Shown piece by piece: positions 18,496 to 26,793 of a stretch of DNA of 64,000 nt (positions are counted from its first letter, which is position 1; the number at the start of each line of letters is the position of its first letter). Both the position numbers and the translations under genes were made by a program. The notes under the pieces are model-generated. The model was not told the DNA's origin. It worked only from the letters and a program-made list of their open reading frames with translations, and ran no database searches. Source of the stretch: Candidatus Brocadiia bacterium (lineage in GTDB: Bacteria; Planctomycetota; Brocadiia; CAIUPP01); assembly GCA_050015075.1 (NCBI GenBank), contig JBEKCB010000003.1, positions 96,001 to 160,000 on the forward strand. Direction: 5' to 3'.

Positions 18496-19812
18496 CTAAA
18501 TCTGCGCCTGGAGCTTTTTGCCGCGCAGGATGTGGTGGTAGTGGACGCTGAAGCGGTGGGCTTCGTCGCGGACGTATTGCAGCACGCGCAGCGCCGGCGA
18601 CCGGCCGGCGAGGCGCAGCTCGGCCGGCGGCTCGCCGTGGTAGACGATCTCCTCGCGCTTGGCGATGGAGAGGACGCACAGCGGCCGCGCCTGGACCGCT
18701 TTGAGCGCCTGCAGCGCGGCGTGCAGGTGGCCCTTGCCGCCGTCAATGAGCAGCACGTCGGGGAGCGGCGTCTCCTCTTCCTTGAGCCGGCGGAAGCGCC
18801 GCTCGACGACCTCGGCGATCATCGCGTAATCGTCAATGCCGACCACCGTGCGGATGTGGAAGCGGCGATAGCCGCTCTTGAACGGGCGGCCGTCCACGAA
18901 GGTGACGACGGAGCCGACCGCGTCCTCTCCGCTGAGGTTGGAGATGTCCACGCCGTCAATCGTGCGCGGCAGATGCGGCAGCTTGAGGAGTTCCTGCAGT
19001 TCCTCGATCCCCTCGCGCGGGTTCACGGTGGGCGGAGCGGTGGCTTCGGGGAAGAAGTCCGTCTCGCCGCGTTTCGCGAGCGATTCGAGCGCGCGGATCT
19101 GATCGCGCAGCCGCGCGGCCTTTTCATATTCGAGCGCCTGCGAGGCGCGGCGCATCTCCTCGTCGAGCGCCCTGAGCACGCGCTGCCGTTTTCCCTCGAG
19201 GAACCGCTGGAAGTGCCCGATCTGCGCGAGGTAGTCCTCGCGCGAGACGAGGTCGGCGCACGGCCCGGTGCAGCGCTCGATGTAATAGAGCAGGCAGGGC
19301 CGGTTGAAGCGGCGCTTCGGGTCGTCGGCGCGGATGTCGAGCGTGCAGGTGCGGAAGCGGAACGCGCGCTGGAGCAATTGCACCGCCTGCCGCAGCCCGC
19401 GCGCCTCGGTGAACGGGCCGTAGAACTTGTTCCGCGGGTTGTCGCGCTGGCGCGTGACGTAGACGCCGGGGAAATCCTCCGAGCGCGTGATTTCCAGGTA
19501 CGGGTAAAGCTTGCTGTCGCGGAGGTTCTCGTTGTACTTGGGCTGGACGTCCTTGATCAGGCGCGCCTCCATGAGGAGCGCGTCCACTTCGGATTCGGCC
19601 TCGAGGTACTCCACGTCGGCGATCTGCGGGACCATGGTGGAGAGCTTGGCGCGGGTGTCGCCGGAGGCCTGGCGGAAGTAACTGCCGACGCGGTCGCGCA
19701 GGGAGTTCGCCTTGCCGATGTAGATCACTACGCCGCGCGCATCCTTCATCAGGTAAACGCCCGGCGTGTCGGGAAGTTCGCCGACTTTCTTCTTCAGGGC
19801 CGCGTTCGGCAT
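18496..19812 (-). CDS. uvrC: Excinuclease ABC subunit C, short form without the C-terminal HhH motifs
   Basis: GIY-YIG (PGVYLM..IYIGKA), UVR domain (YEKAARLRDQI), RNase H-like domain (DISNL, LIDGGKG, RDEAHRF). Confidence 0.93.
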   Translation of the reverse strand: MPNAALKKKVGELPDTPGVYLMKDARGVVIYIGKANSLRDRVGSYFRQASGDTRAKLSTMVPQIADVEYLEAESEVDALLMEARLIKDVQPKYNENLRDSKLYPYLEITRSEDFPGVYVTRQRDNPRNKFYGPFTEARGLRQAVQLLQRAFRFRTCTLDIRADDPKRRFNRPCLLYYIERCTGPCADLVSREDYLAQIGHFQRFLEGKRQRVLRALDEEMRRASQALEYEKAARLRDQIRALESLAKRGETDFFPEATAPPTVNPREGIEELQELLKLPHLPRTIDGVDISNLSGEDAVGSVVTFVDGRPFKSGYRRFHIRTVVGIDDYAMIAEVVERRFRRLKEEETPLPDVLLIDGGKGHLHAALQALKAVQARPLCVLSIAKREEIVYHGEPPAELRLAGRSPALRVLQYVRDEAHRFSVHYHHILRGKKLQAQI

Positions 19813-19822
19813 TCGGCAGTGC

Positions 19823-20293
19823 TTATCCGGGCATCACGAATTTCTGGCTCGGGTGGCGCACGCTCAGGACCGGGCACGCGGCCTTGCGGACGACCTTTTC
19901 CGCCACGGAGCCGAAGAGCGCGTGCTTGAGGCCGGTGCGGCCGTGCGTGCCGAGGACGATCATGTCGGCCTTCACTTGGCTGGCGCAGTTGAGGATCTCG
20001 ACGAACGGCACGCCCTTGCGCAGGATATATTCGGCGGGCAATTTGCCGCGGAGTTCGGGCGGAAGGACATCGTCGAGCGCCTGCTTGGCCTGTTTTTCGA
20101 TGTTCACCATCAACTGCGTCAGCGGCGGCGCCTGGAGCATGTCGAAGTAGAGCGCGCTGGAGATTTCCTCGATGACGTGGAGCAGGACCAGCTTCGCCTG
20201 GAATTCCTGCGCGAAGGAGATGGCGTACGTCATCGCGTGCTTGGACGATTCGGAGAAGTCCGTCGGGTGAAGGATCGTCTTGATCGCCTGCAT
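19823..20293 (-). CDS. Universal stress protein
   Basis: ILHPTDFSESS, IVLGTHGRTG, GSVAEKVVRKA.CPVL. Confidence 0.95.
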   Translation of the reverse strand: MQAIKTILHPTDFSESSKHAMTYAISFAQEFQAKLVLLHVIEEISSALYFDMLQAPPLTQLMVNIEKQAKQALDDVLPPELRGKLPAEYILRKGVPFVEILNCASQVKADMIVLGTHGRTGLKHALFGSVAEKVVRKAACPVLSVRHPSQKFVMPG

Positions 20294-20409
20294 GCTTTGC
20301 CCTCCTTTTCCAAGAACCTTACGAAGCGTGCCGAACGCGGCGATAGGCGCTCACTCCTTTGTCGCGCAGCGCTGTTCGTCCCGCGGCGCTGCGAATTCTC
20401 GCACGGCCG

Positions 20410-21192
20410 CTACTTTTCAGCGGGCTTCGGCTCGGCGGCCTGCTCCGGCGGACGCCGCGTGGCTTCCACGCCGCGGATCACAACGTTCGTGAGGTCGCCC
20501 GGCGCAACGTCTTTCGGAAACTCCAGTTCGAACACCTCCGGATTGACCGGCGCGTCGGTTTTCACATCGGTGTAGCGCGTTCTGAGGAAAACGCGCCCTT
20601 GCGCGTCCTCCAGCTCGACCTTGCGCGCGATGCCGTCTTTCGGGTTGATCCAGAAGCGGACCTTCGCCGGATCGGGAAGGACCATCGGCACGTTGAAGGG
20701 CAGCGAGAGGCGCCCTTCGGACAGCGCCAGTTCGAAGCCCCCGGCCGGCGCGCCGTCGAGGTCCTCGGCCGGCAGGGCTCTTTTGTCCTTCGCGTCCTTG
20801 AGCATATCGCGGTACACGCTCGGGTCATAGGTCTTGGCCGGCGAGTAATCCGCCCAGGGCAGTTCCTTGCGGATGCGGTCGAGGTCCACGATATGGGCGG
20901 TGGTCGTGTCGCCCACTTTTTCGATCTGCCGGACGAGCCGGCCGTCTCCGGCGATGGATATTCGCACGTCGGCCTGCATCCCCTTCAGGCGCTTGACCCC
21001 TTCAACGCGGAACCGGTCCGGCTGCAGGAAGCAGGCGCGGTAATCTCCGGTCGCGCTGTCGCTGCCGAGCAGGTACTCCTGCTGGATGCGCATCGTCATC
21101 CCGCGCGGCGCATCGTCAGCCAGCGCCGGAGATAACCGCGCCGCCGCGAGAAGGAGACCGGCTGCAAGGATGGCCGCCACGGACTTCTTCAT
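20410..21192 (-). CDS. LolA-like secreted protein
   Basis: Signal peptide MKKSVAAIL; QPDRFRVE, VRFWINPKDG, Y.DVK.D.PV.PEVF.LE.P pattern typical of the LolA/RseB fold. Confidence 0.7.
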   Translation of the reverse strand: MKKSVAAILAAGLLLAAARLSPALADDAPRGMTMRIQQEYLLGSDSATGDYRACFLQPDRFRVEGVKRLKGMQADVRISIAGDGRLVRQIEKVGDTTTAHIVDLDRIRKELPWADYSPAKTYDPSVYRDMLKDAKDKRALPAEDLDGAPAGGFELALSEGRLSLPFNVPMVLPDPAKVRFWINPKDGIARKVELEDAQGRVFLRTRYTDVKTDAPVNPEVFELEFPKDVAPGDLTNVVIRGVEATRRPPEQAAEPKPAEK

Positions 21193-21370
21193 GCCTTCGC
21201 GACTCCCGGAAAACAGTCCCGCCTGTGACGAATGTATCCTAGCGCGTCCGCGGGCGGCATTCAAGAGAAAAGTCCGCCTCTTGTGGCCGGCCATGATGCT
21301 GGAATGAAGTCCCCGCCGCCTGAGCACAATAACAGGGCGCGGGCGCAAGTTCAACCGAATTCCGGCGCCC

Positions 21371-21399
21371 TTGCCGGGCGTGACGGTTCACGGTACAAT
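21371..21399 (+). promoter_or_regulatory. Putative sigma70 promoter giving a near-leaderless mRNA
   Basis: TTGCCG-N17-TACAAT; ATG 9 nt downstream; no Shine-Dalgarno sequence. Confidence 0.45.
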
Positions 21400-21408
21400 C
21401 GTCCAGCT

Positions 21409-23274
21409 ATGAGCGATGGAGCAGCCGCCAGTATCGAAAGTCCTCTCGCGCAGCGGCGGCGGAGAATCTGGACCGCGACGGACTGCGCGATGCTCCTCCT
21501 TGCCGCAGTGATCGTCTACAGCGACAGCTTCCACGGCCCGTTCATCTTCGACGACCGGCCGGCCATTGACCAGATCAGCGCGAAGGAGCCGTGGTCGGTC
21601 TGGCACACGCTGATTGAGCCGAGGCCGGTCATCCGGGCAACCCTGGCGCTCAACTATTTCATCGGCGGCTACCACGAGACCGGCTACCACGTCGGCAACC
21701 TGTGCATCCACATCCTCGCCGCGCTCGCGCTCTTCGGCGTCATCCGCCGGACGCTGACGCTTCCCTCGCTCGGCGGCCGGTTCGACGAGAAGGCCGCCGC
21801 GTCGCTGGCGTTCGGCACGGCGCTTCTCTGGGCGGTCCATCCGCTTCAAACCCAGGCGGTGACGTACATCATTCAGCGGATGGAATCGCTGATGGGGCTG
21901 TTCTATCTCGTGACGCTATATTGTTTTATACGAGCCGAGTCGTCGCCGAAGCCGCGCGCGTGGCATGCGGCCGCCGCGGCCGCCTGCGCGTTGGGAATGG
22001 GCTGCAAGGAAGTCATGGTCTCGGCGCCGCTGGTGGTGCTGCTCTACGACCGGTGCTTCGTCGCCGGCTCCTTCCGCGATACGCTGCGGCGGCGATGGGG
22101 CTTCTATCTCGCGCTGGCGGCGACGTGGATCATCCTCGCGCGCTCCGTTATCGAGGGGGTTAGCCCGCATGCGATCTCGGCCGGGTTCCAGCTCAAGGAG
22201 GTCACGCCGTTCGAGTATGCGCGGAGCGAGCCGGGCGTGATCCTCCACTATCTCGCGCTGGCGTTCTGGCCGGCGAGCCTGTGCCTGGACTACGCATGGC
22301 CGGTGGCGAACGGGTTTGCGGAAATCGCGCCGGGCGCGCTCGTCGTCGGAGCGCTGCTGGCGGCCACGATCTGGGCGCTCGTGCGGAAACCGAAATGGGG
22401 ATTCGTCGGGGCGTGGTTCTTCCTGATCCTCGCGCCGACTTCGAGCATCATGCCGATCAAAGACCTGGCGTTCGAACACCGGATGTACCTGCCGCTGGCG
22501 GCGGTGGTGGTCGTCATCATCCTCGCGGCTTACCTCGCCTGGGAGCGCTGGGCCGGCGCCGGCGAGCGGCGCCGTCTGCAGGGCCAGTTCCTGGCGGCGA
22601 TTCTGATCCTTTCCGCCGCGGTCGCGCTGGGATATACGACGCTTCAGCGCAACAAGGACTACGCGACGGTGATGGCGATCTGGAGCGACACGGCCAGCAA
22701 GGCGCCGCGCAACGCACGGGCTTTGAACAATCTGGGATGGCAGTTGCGCGAGGTGGGCGATTATGAAGGCGCGCTCGATTGCCTCAACCGGGCCATCGCG
22801 CTGCGACCGAGATACGCCGACGCCTATAATAACCGCGCCTACACTTACGCGTCCATGAAGTGGTTCGACAAAGCCCTCGATGATTGCAACATGGCCATCG
22901 AATGCAGGCGCGATTTCGCTACGCCGTATAACAATCGCGGGAACCTCTACGAGCAACTCGGGGAACTCGATAAGGCGATCGAGGACTTCAACCATGCCAT
23001 ACGGCTAAAGCCTGATTATCACCAGGCTTACAACAACCGCGGCCTGGTGCGGCTCAAGCTCGGCCAGTATCAGGATGCGCTCAAGGATTTCAACAAGTCC
23101 GTCGAGACCGTGCCGGACGATCCGATTCCTTACAGGGGCCGCGCGGCCGTATATTACCGCCTGCAGGAGTACGCGAAGGCGCTCGCCGACCTGGAGACAT
23201 GCGAGAGATTGCACGACCACGTGGATCCCGCTTTCCGAAAGGCCGTCATGCAGGCGGCCGGTCGGTCGGATTAG
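21409..23274 (+). CDS. TMTC-like GT-C membrane protein with C-terminal TPRs, copy 1
   Basis: FIFDD, GYHVGNL.IH, AVHPLQTQAVTYI.QR, EHRMYLP, about 6 TPRs. Confidence 0.85.
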   Translation: MSDGAAASIESPLAQRRRRIWTATDCAMLLLAAVIVYSDSFHGPFIFDDRPAIDQISAKEPWSVWHTLIEPRPVIRATLALNYFIGGYHETGYHVGNLCIHILAALALFGVIRRTLTLPSLGGRFDEKAAASLAFGTALLWAVHPLQTQAVTYIIQRMESLMGLFYLVTLYCFIRAESSPKPRAWHAAAAAACALGMGCKEVMVSAPLVVLLYDRCFVAGSFRDTLRRRWGFYLALAATWIILARSVIEGVSPHAISAGFQLKEVTPFEYARSEPGVILHYLALAFWPASLCLDYAWPVANGFAEIAPGALVVGALLAATIWALVRKPKWGFVGAWFFLILAPTSSIMPIKDLAFEHRMYLPLAAVVVVIILAAYLAWERWAGAGERRRLQGQFLAAILILSAAVALGYTTLQRNKDYATVMAIWSDTASKAPRNARALNNLGWQLREVGDYEGALDCLNRAIALRPRYADAYNNRAYTYASMKWFDKALDDCNMAIECRRDFATPYNNRGNLYEQLGELDKAIEDFNHAIRLKPDYHQAYNNRGLVRLKLGQYQDALKDFNKSVETVPDDPIPYRGRAAVYYRLQEYAKALADLETCERLHDHVDPAFRKAVMQAAGRSD

Positions 23275-23297
23275 AACGAGGTGGCGCGCGACATAAT

Positions 23298-25193
23298 ATG
23301 GAACCAGAATTGGCATCCGGCGATTCCAACGCGCGGCGGCTGCTTCTCCTGGCGGCGGCCATCGCGGCGATCGCGTTCGCGGCCTACCTTCCCGCCCTGT
23401 GCGGCGGGTTCGCCTGGGACGACAGCGTCCAGGTCACGGACAACCCGCTCATCAAGGACCCGCACGGACTTCGCCGGCTCTGGTTCGGGGCGGAAGCGAT
23501 GGACTATTTCCCGCTCACGCTCGCCACGCACTGGCTGGAATGGCGGCTCTGGGGATTGCACGCCGCCGGCTACCACGCCGTCAACGTGCTGCTCCATGCG
23601 ATCAGCGCGGTGCTGGTCTGGCGGGTGCTGCGGCGGCTCAAAGTTCCCGGCGCATGGCTGGCCGGCGCGCTCTTCGCGGTCCATCCGGTGGCCGCCGACT
23701 CGGTGGCCTGGATCGCGGAGCGCAAGAACACGCTCTCCATGGCGCTCTATCTGGCGTCGCTCCTGGTGTATCTCACGTGGGAAGACAACTTGAAGCGACG
23801 GTGGTATGGCGCGGCCGTGCTCTTCTATCTCCTCGCTTTGCTCGCGAAGACCTCTGTCGTGATCCTGCCGTTCGTCCTGCTGCTGTGCGCGTGGCGGCGG
23901 CGCGGCCGCATTTCCCGGCGGGACATCGCGCGCAGCGTGCCGTTCTTCGCGCTCGCGGTGGCGCTGGGACTGGTGACCATCTGGTTCCAGCGGCACAACG
24001 CAATCCACGGCATGACCGTCCGCTCCGAAGGCGCGGCCTCGCGCCGCGCCGCCGTGGGATGGGTCGCATGGTTCTACCTGTACAAACTCCTGCTTCCGGC
24101 GGGCCTCTGCGCGATCTATCCGAGGTGGAAGGTGGACGGCGCCAGCGCCGCGGCATACGTGCCGTTGGCCCTTCTGGCGGGTGGACTGATCTGGCTCTGG
24201 ATGCGCCGGAAGAGTTCCGGCCGGGCGCCGCTCTTCGCGGCGGCGTACTTCCTCATCGCGCTGCTGCCGGTCCTCGGGATCGTGAACATGCTCTTCATGG
24301 GGCTTTCGCTGGTCGCGGACCATTTCCAGTACCTGGCCATGATCGGCGTCATCGCGTTCGCGGCGGCCGTCCTGGCGCGGGCGGCGGCCGCGGGCGGCTG
24401 GGCCGGGCGCGCCGGCGTCGCGGCTTCCGTCGGATGCGTCGTCGTCCTGGGCATCCTGACCTGGAACCGCGCCGGGCTGTACGGCGACGAGGAACGTCTC
24501 TGGCAGGACAACCTCGCCAAGAACCCTTCGGCGGTCGTCTATAATGCGCTCGGAGTCGCCCGCTCCTATGCCGGCCGGCACGAGCAGGCGCTGGAGAGCT
24601 TCGACACGGCGATCCGATTGAAGCCGGAGCTGGCCGAGGCTTTTGTCAACCGCGCCGCCGCTCTCGACGCGCTCGGCCGGATGGAGGAAGCCGTTCGCGA
24701 TTACGACCAGGCACTGAAATTGCGGCCGAAGGACGCCGCGACCTATAACGGCCGCGGCAACACGCTGGCGCGCATGAACCGCGCGGAGGATGCCCTGAAG
24801 GATTATGACGCGGCGATTGTCCTGCGCCCGCGATACGGCCTGGCCTATTACAACCGCGGGAACATCCACTTCAACGCCGGCCGCCTGGACCTGGCGCTGA
24901 GCGATTACGACCAGGCGATTGAACTCATGCCCGAGTACGCCCACGCCTGGAACAACCGCGCCACGGTCCTTGCGCAACTCGGCCGCGGCGCCGATGCGCT
25001 GCGGGATTTCAGCCAGTCCCTCGCGCTGGACCCGACCAACGCCGGCGCCTGGCGCAACCGCGCGTTACTGTATGCCGACAGAAAAGAATACGCCAAAGCG
25101 CTGGCGGACGTTAGAATGTTCGAGAAACTCGGCGGCCGTCCCGATCCCGATTTCGTCAAGAGCCTCACCGAAGCGGCGGGACGAGCGCCATAA
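23298..25193 (+). CDS. TMTC-like GT-C membrane protein with TPRs, copy 2
   Basis: FAWDD, YFPLT, YHAVNVLLH, AVHP..SVAWIAERKNTL, ADHFQY, TPRs. Confidence 0.85.
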   Translation: MEPELASGDSNARRLLLLAAAIAAIAFAAYLPALCGGFAWDDSVQVTDNPLIKDPHGLRRLWFGAEAMDYFPLTLATHWLEWRLWGLHAAGYHAVNVLLHAISAVLVWRVLRRLKVPGAWLAGALFAVHPVAADSVAWIAERKNTLSMALYLASLLVYLTWEDNLKRRWYGAAVLFYLLALLAKTSVVILPFVLLLCAWRRRGRISRRDIARSVPFFALAVALGLVTIWFQRHNAIHGMTVRSEGAASRRAAVGWVAWFYLYKLLLPAGLCAIYPRWKVDGASAAAYVPLALLAGGLIWLWMRRKSSGRAPLFAAAYFLIALLPVLGIVNMLFMGLSLVADHFQYLAMIGVIAFAAAVLARAAAAGGWAGRAGVAASVGCVVVLGILTWNRAGLYGDEERLWQDNLAKNPSAVVYNALGVARSYAGRHEQALESFDTAIRLKPELAEAFVNRAAALDALGRMEEAVRDYDQALKLRPKDAATYNGRGNTLARMNRAEDALKDYDAAIVLRPRYGLAYYNRGNIHFNAGRLDLALSDYDQAIELMPEYAHAWNNRATVLAQLGRGADALRDFSQSLALDPTNAGAWRNRALLYADRKEYAKALADVRMFEKLGGRPDPDFVKSLTEAAGRAP

Positions 25194-25239
25194 TAGAGTG
25201 TCAGCGGAACCAAAAGAACAAAGACAACGACAACGGTTG

Positions 25240-25280
25240 GAACCGCCGATGAACGCAGATGAACGCCGATAAGAGAGGAA
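25240..25280 (+). repeat. Left 41-bp inverted-repeat arm flanking the GxxExxY gene
   Basis: GAACCGCCGATGAACGCAGATGAACGCCGATAAGAGAGGAA is the exact reverse complement of 25787-25827. Confidence 0.9.
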
Positions 25281-25289
25281 CAAAGTATC

Positions 25290-25679
25290 ATGAGCACCCT
25301 CTTGACGGTCGCGGAAATGGACAAGTTGAGTGAGCGGATCATCGGCTGCGCTTACGCTGTGAGTAATGGACTGGGCGCGGGTTTTCTGGAGAAAGTTTAC
25401 GAAAACGCCCTTGCCCATGAGCTGCGCAAGGCCGGACTTCGAGCGGAGCAACAGTGTCCCTTGCGCGTTGAGTATGACGGTGTCGTCGTCGGAGAATACG
25501 CCGCCGACCTTCTCGTCGAGGGCTGCATCGTGATTGAACTGAAAGCCGTCAAAGCGCTCGACGACGTCCATCTGGCGCAATGTCTCAACTATCTGAAAGC
25601 GACCGGCCTGTCGCTTTGCCTCTTGATCAACTTCGGAAAACCCAGCGCTGACGTCAGGCGCGTGGTGAACCGATTCTGA
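25290..25679 (+). CDS. GxxExxY protein (PD-(D/E)XK nuclease superfamily)
   Basis: IIGCAY.V...LGAGFLEKVYENAL..EL, ADLLVE...IELKAV, HLAQCLNYLKATG...LLINFG. Confidence 0.95.
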   Translation: MSTLLTVAEMDKLSERIIGCAYAVSNGLGAGFLEKVYENALAHELRKAGLRAEQQCPLRVEYDGVVVGEYAADLLVEGCIVIELKAVKALDDVHLAQCLNYLKATGLSLCLLINFGKPSADVRRVVNRF

Positions 25680-25741
25680 AGGAACAACGGAACGACCGTC
25701 ACAGCCGGCGGACGCGGATGAACAACGAAAAGAGGTGAACG

Positions 25742-25887
25742 AAGACAACGAAAACGGGTGGAACCGCCGATGAACGCAGATACGGATTCCTCTCTTATCG
25801 GCGTTCATCTGCGTTCATCGGCGGTTCAGACTCCGCTGTGATCCTTTTTATGAATTGACTTTTGGTCCTGTCGGCGTTCATCGGCGG
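25742..25887. repeat. Downstream repeat block of GxxExxY: direct copy, inverted arm and a partial extra arm
   Basis: 25742-25781 matches 25221-25260 at 38/40 as a direct repeat; 25787-25827 is the inverted arm; TCGGCGTTCATCGGCGG at 25871 is a partial arm. Confidence 0.85.
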
Positions 25888-25980
25888 CGTGGATGCGTTG
25901 TGGGGGCTGCGTCATCACCCACGACCATCCGGATGTGTCGGGAAACTTTACCGGACCTTCATGGGTGCCGGAGAAACGCG

Positions 25981-26793
25981 ATGACCAATCCGTGGCAGAT
26001 CATGACGCAGCAGGACGGCCAGGCGATGGATGACCGCAAGGAGAAGGGGCCGGTGCGGTTCCAGGTGGCGCTGAAGCGAGAGTTGATCTGGCGCTCGATC
26101 CGGCCGCATCTGCCCAAGGACCGCTCGGTCGCAGTTCTCGACCTGGGCGGTGGGACGGGCGTTTGGGCGATCCGCCTGGCTCAGGAGGGGCATCGCGTCC
26201 TTCTGACGGACATATCGCCGGGGTTGCTGACGCGGGCGCGGGAGAAGATTGCTGCGGCCGACTTGGCGCATCTGGTGCAGATTGAGGAAGCGGATATCTG
26301 CGATTTGAGCCGATATGCCGAAGCGGCCTTTCCGCTGGTCCTGGCGCTGGGCGATCCGCTCTCCTACTGCGACGACTCCGCCAAGGCGCTGCGCGAGGTC
26401 AGGCGCGTGACGGCCTCCGGAGGCGTCCTTGTCGGTGAGGTGGAGAACCGCTACCGCACGGCCTTGAGCCGGCGCCGCGCGGCGACTTGGGCCGACGCGA
26501 AACGGATTATCGGCCAGGGAATCGCGCATTGGCCCGAACCGGAGAACCCCGCCGCAATCCGCGAGTTCTCGCCATCAGAGCTTGAAGCGCTGCTGAAGAA
26601 ATCCGGCTGGCAACCGGAGCACTTGTATCCTTCAGACCTGCTCGCCTCGCTCGTGGCGGAACCTATCCTTCAGGAAGCCTTGCGCTCGCCGGAATATTTT
26701 ACCCAGGCATTGGCCCTTGAGGAATGCCTGCGCTCCGATGCGGCTCTGCTCGGCAGTGGAATGGAAATTCAGTTCGTGGCGGTGAAACGATGA
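25981..26793 (+). CDS. Class I SAM-dependent methyltransferase
   Basis: VLDLGGGTG, LTDISPG, EADICDL. Start uncertain (25981-26026). ATGA overlap with the next gene. Confidence 0.85.
   Translation: MTNPWQIMTQQDGQAMDDRKEKGPVRFQVALKRELIWRSIRPHLPKDRSVAVLDLGGGTGVWAIRLAQEGHRVLLTDISPGLLTRAREKIAAADLAHLVQIEEADICDLSRYAEAAFPLVLALGDPLSYCDDSAKALREVRRVTASGGVLVGEVENRYRTALSRRRAATWADAKRIIGQGIAHWPEPENPAAIREFSPSELEALLKKSGWQPEHLYPSDLLASLVAEPILQEALRSPEYFTQALALEECLRSDAALLGSGMEIQFVAVKR

Noticed and set aside
18496-19812. uvrC lacking the HhH domain as a pseudogene
   Set aside because: The ORF is intact with both nuclease domains and a clean stop; a short UvrC form is the simpler reading.
25221-25887. Repeats around GxxExxY as a CRISPR array or classical IS ends
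   Set aside because: No unique spacers of regular length, no cas genes, no DDE or HUH transposase, and no clear target-site duplication.
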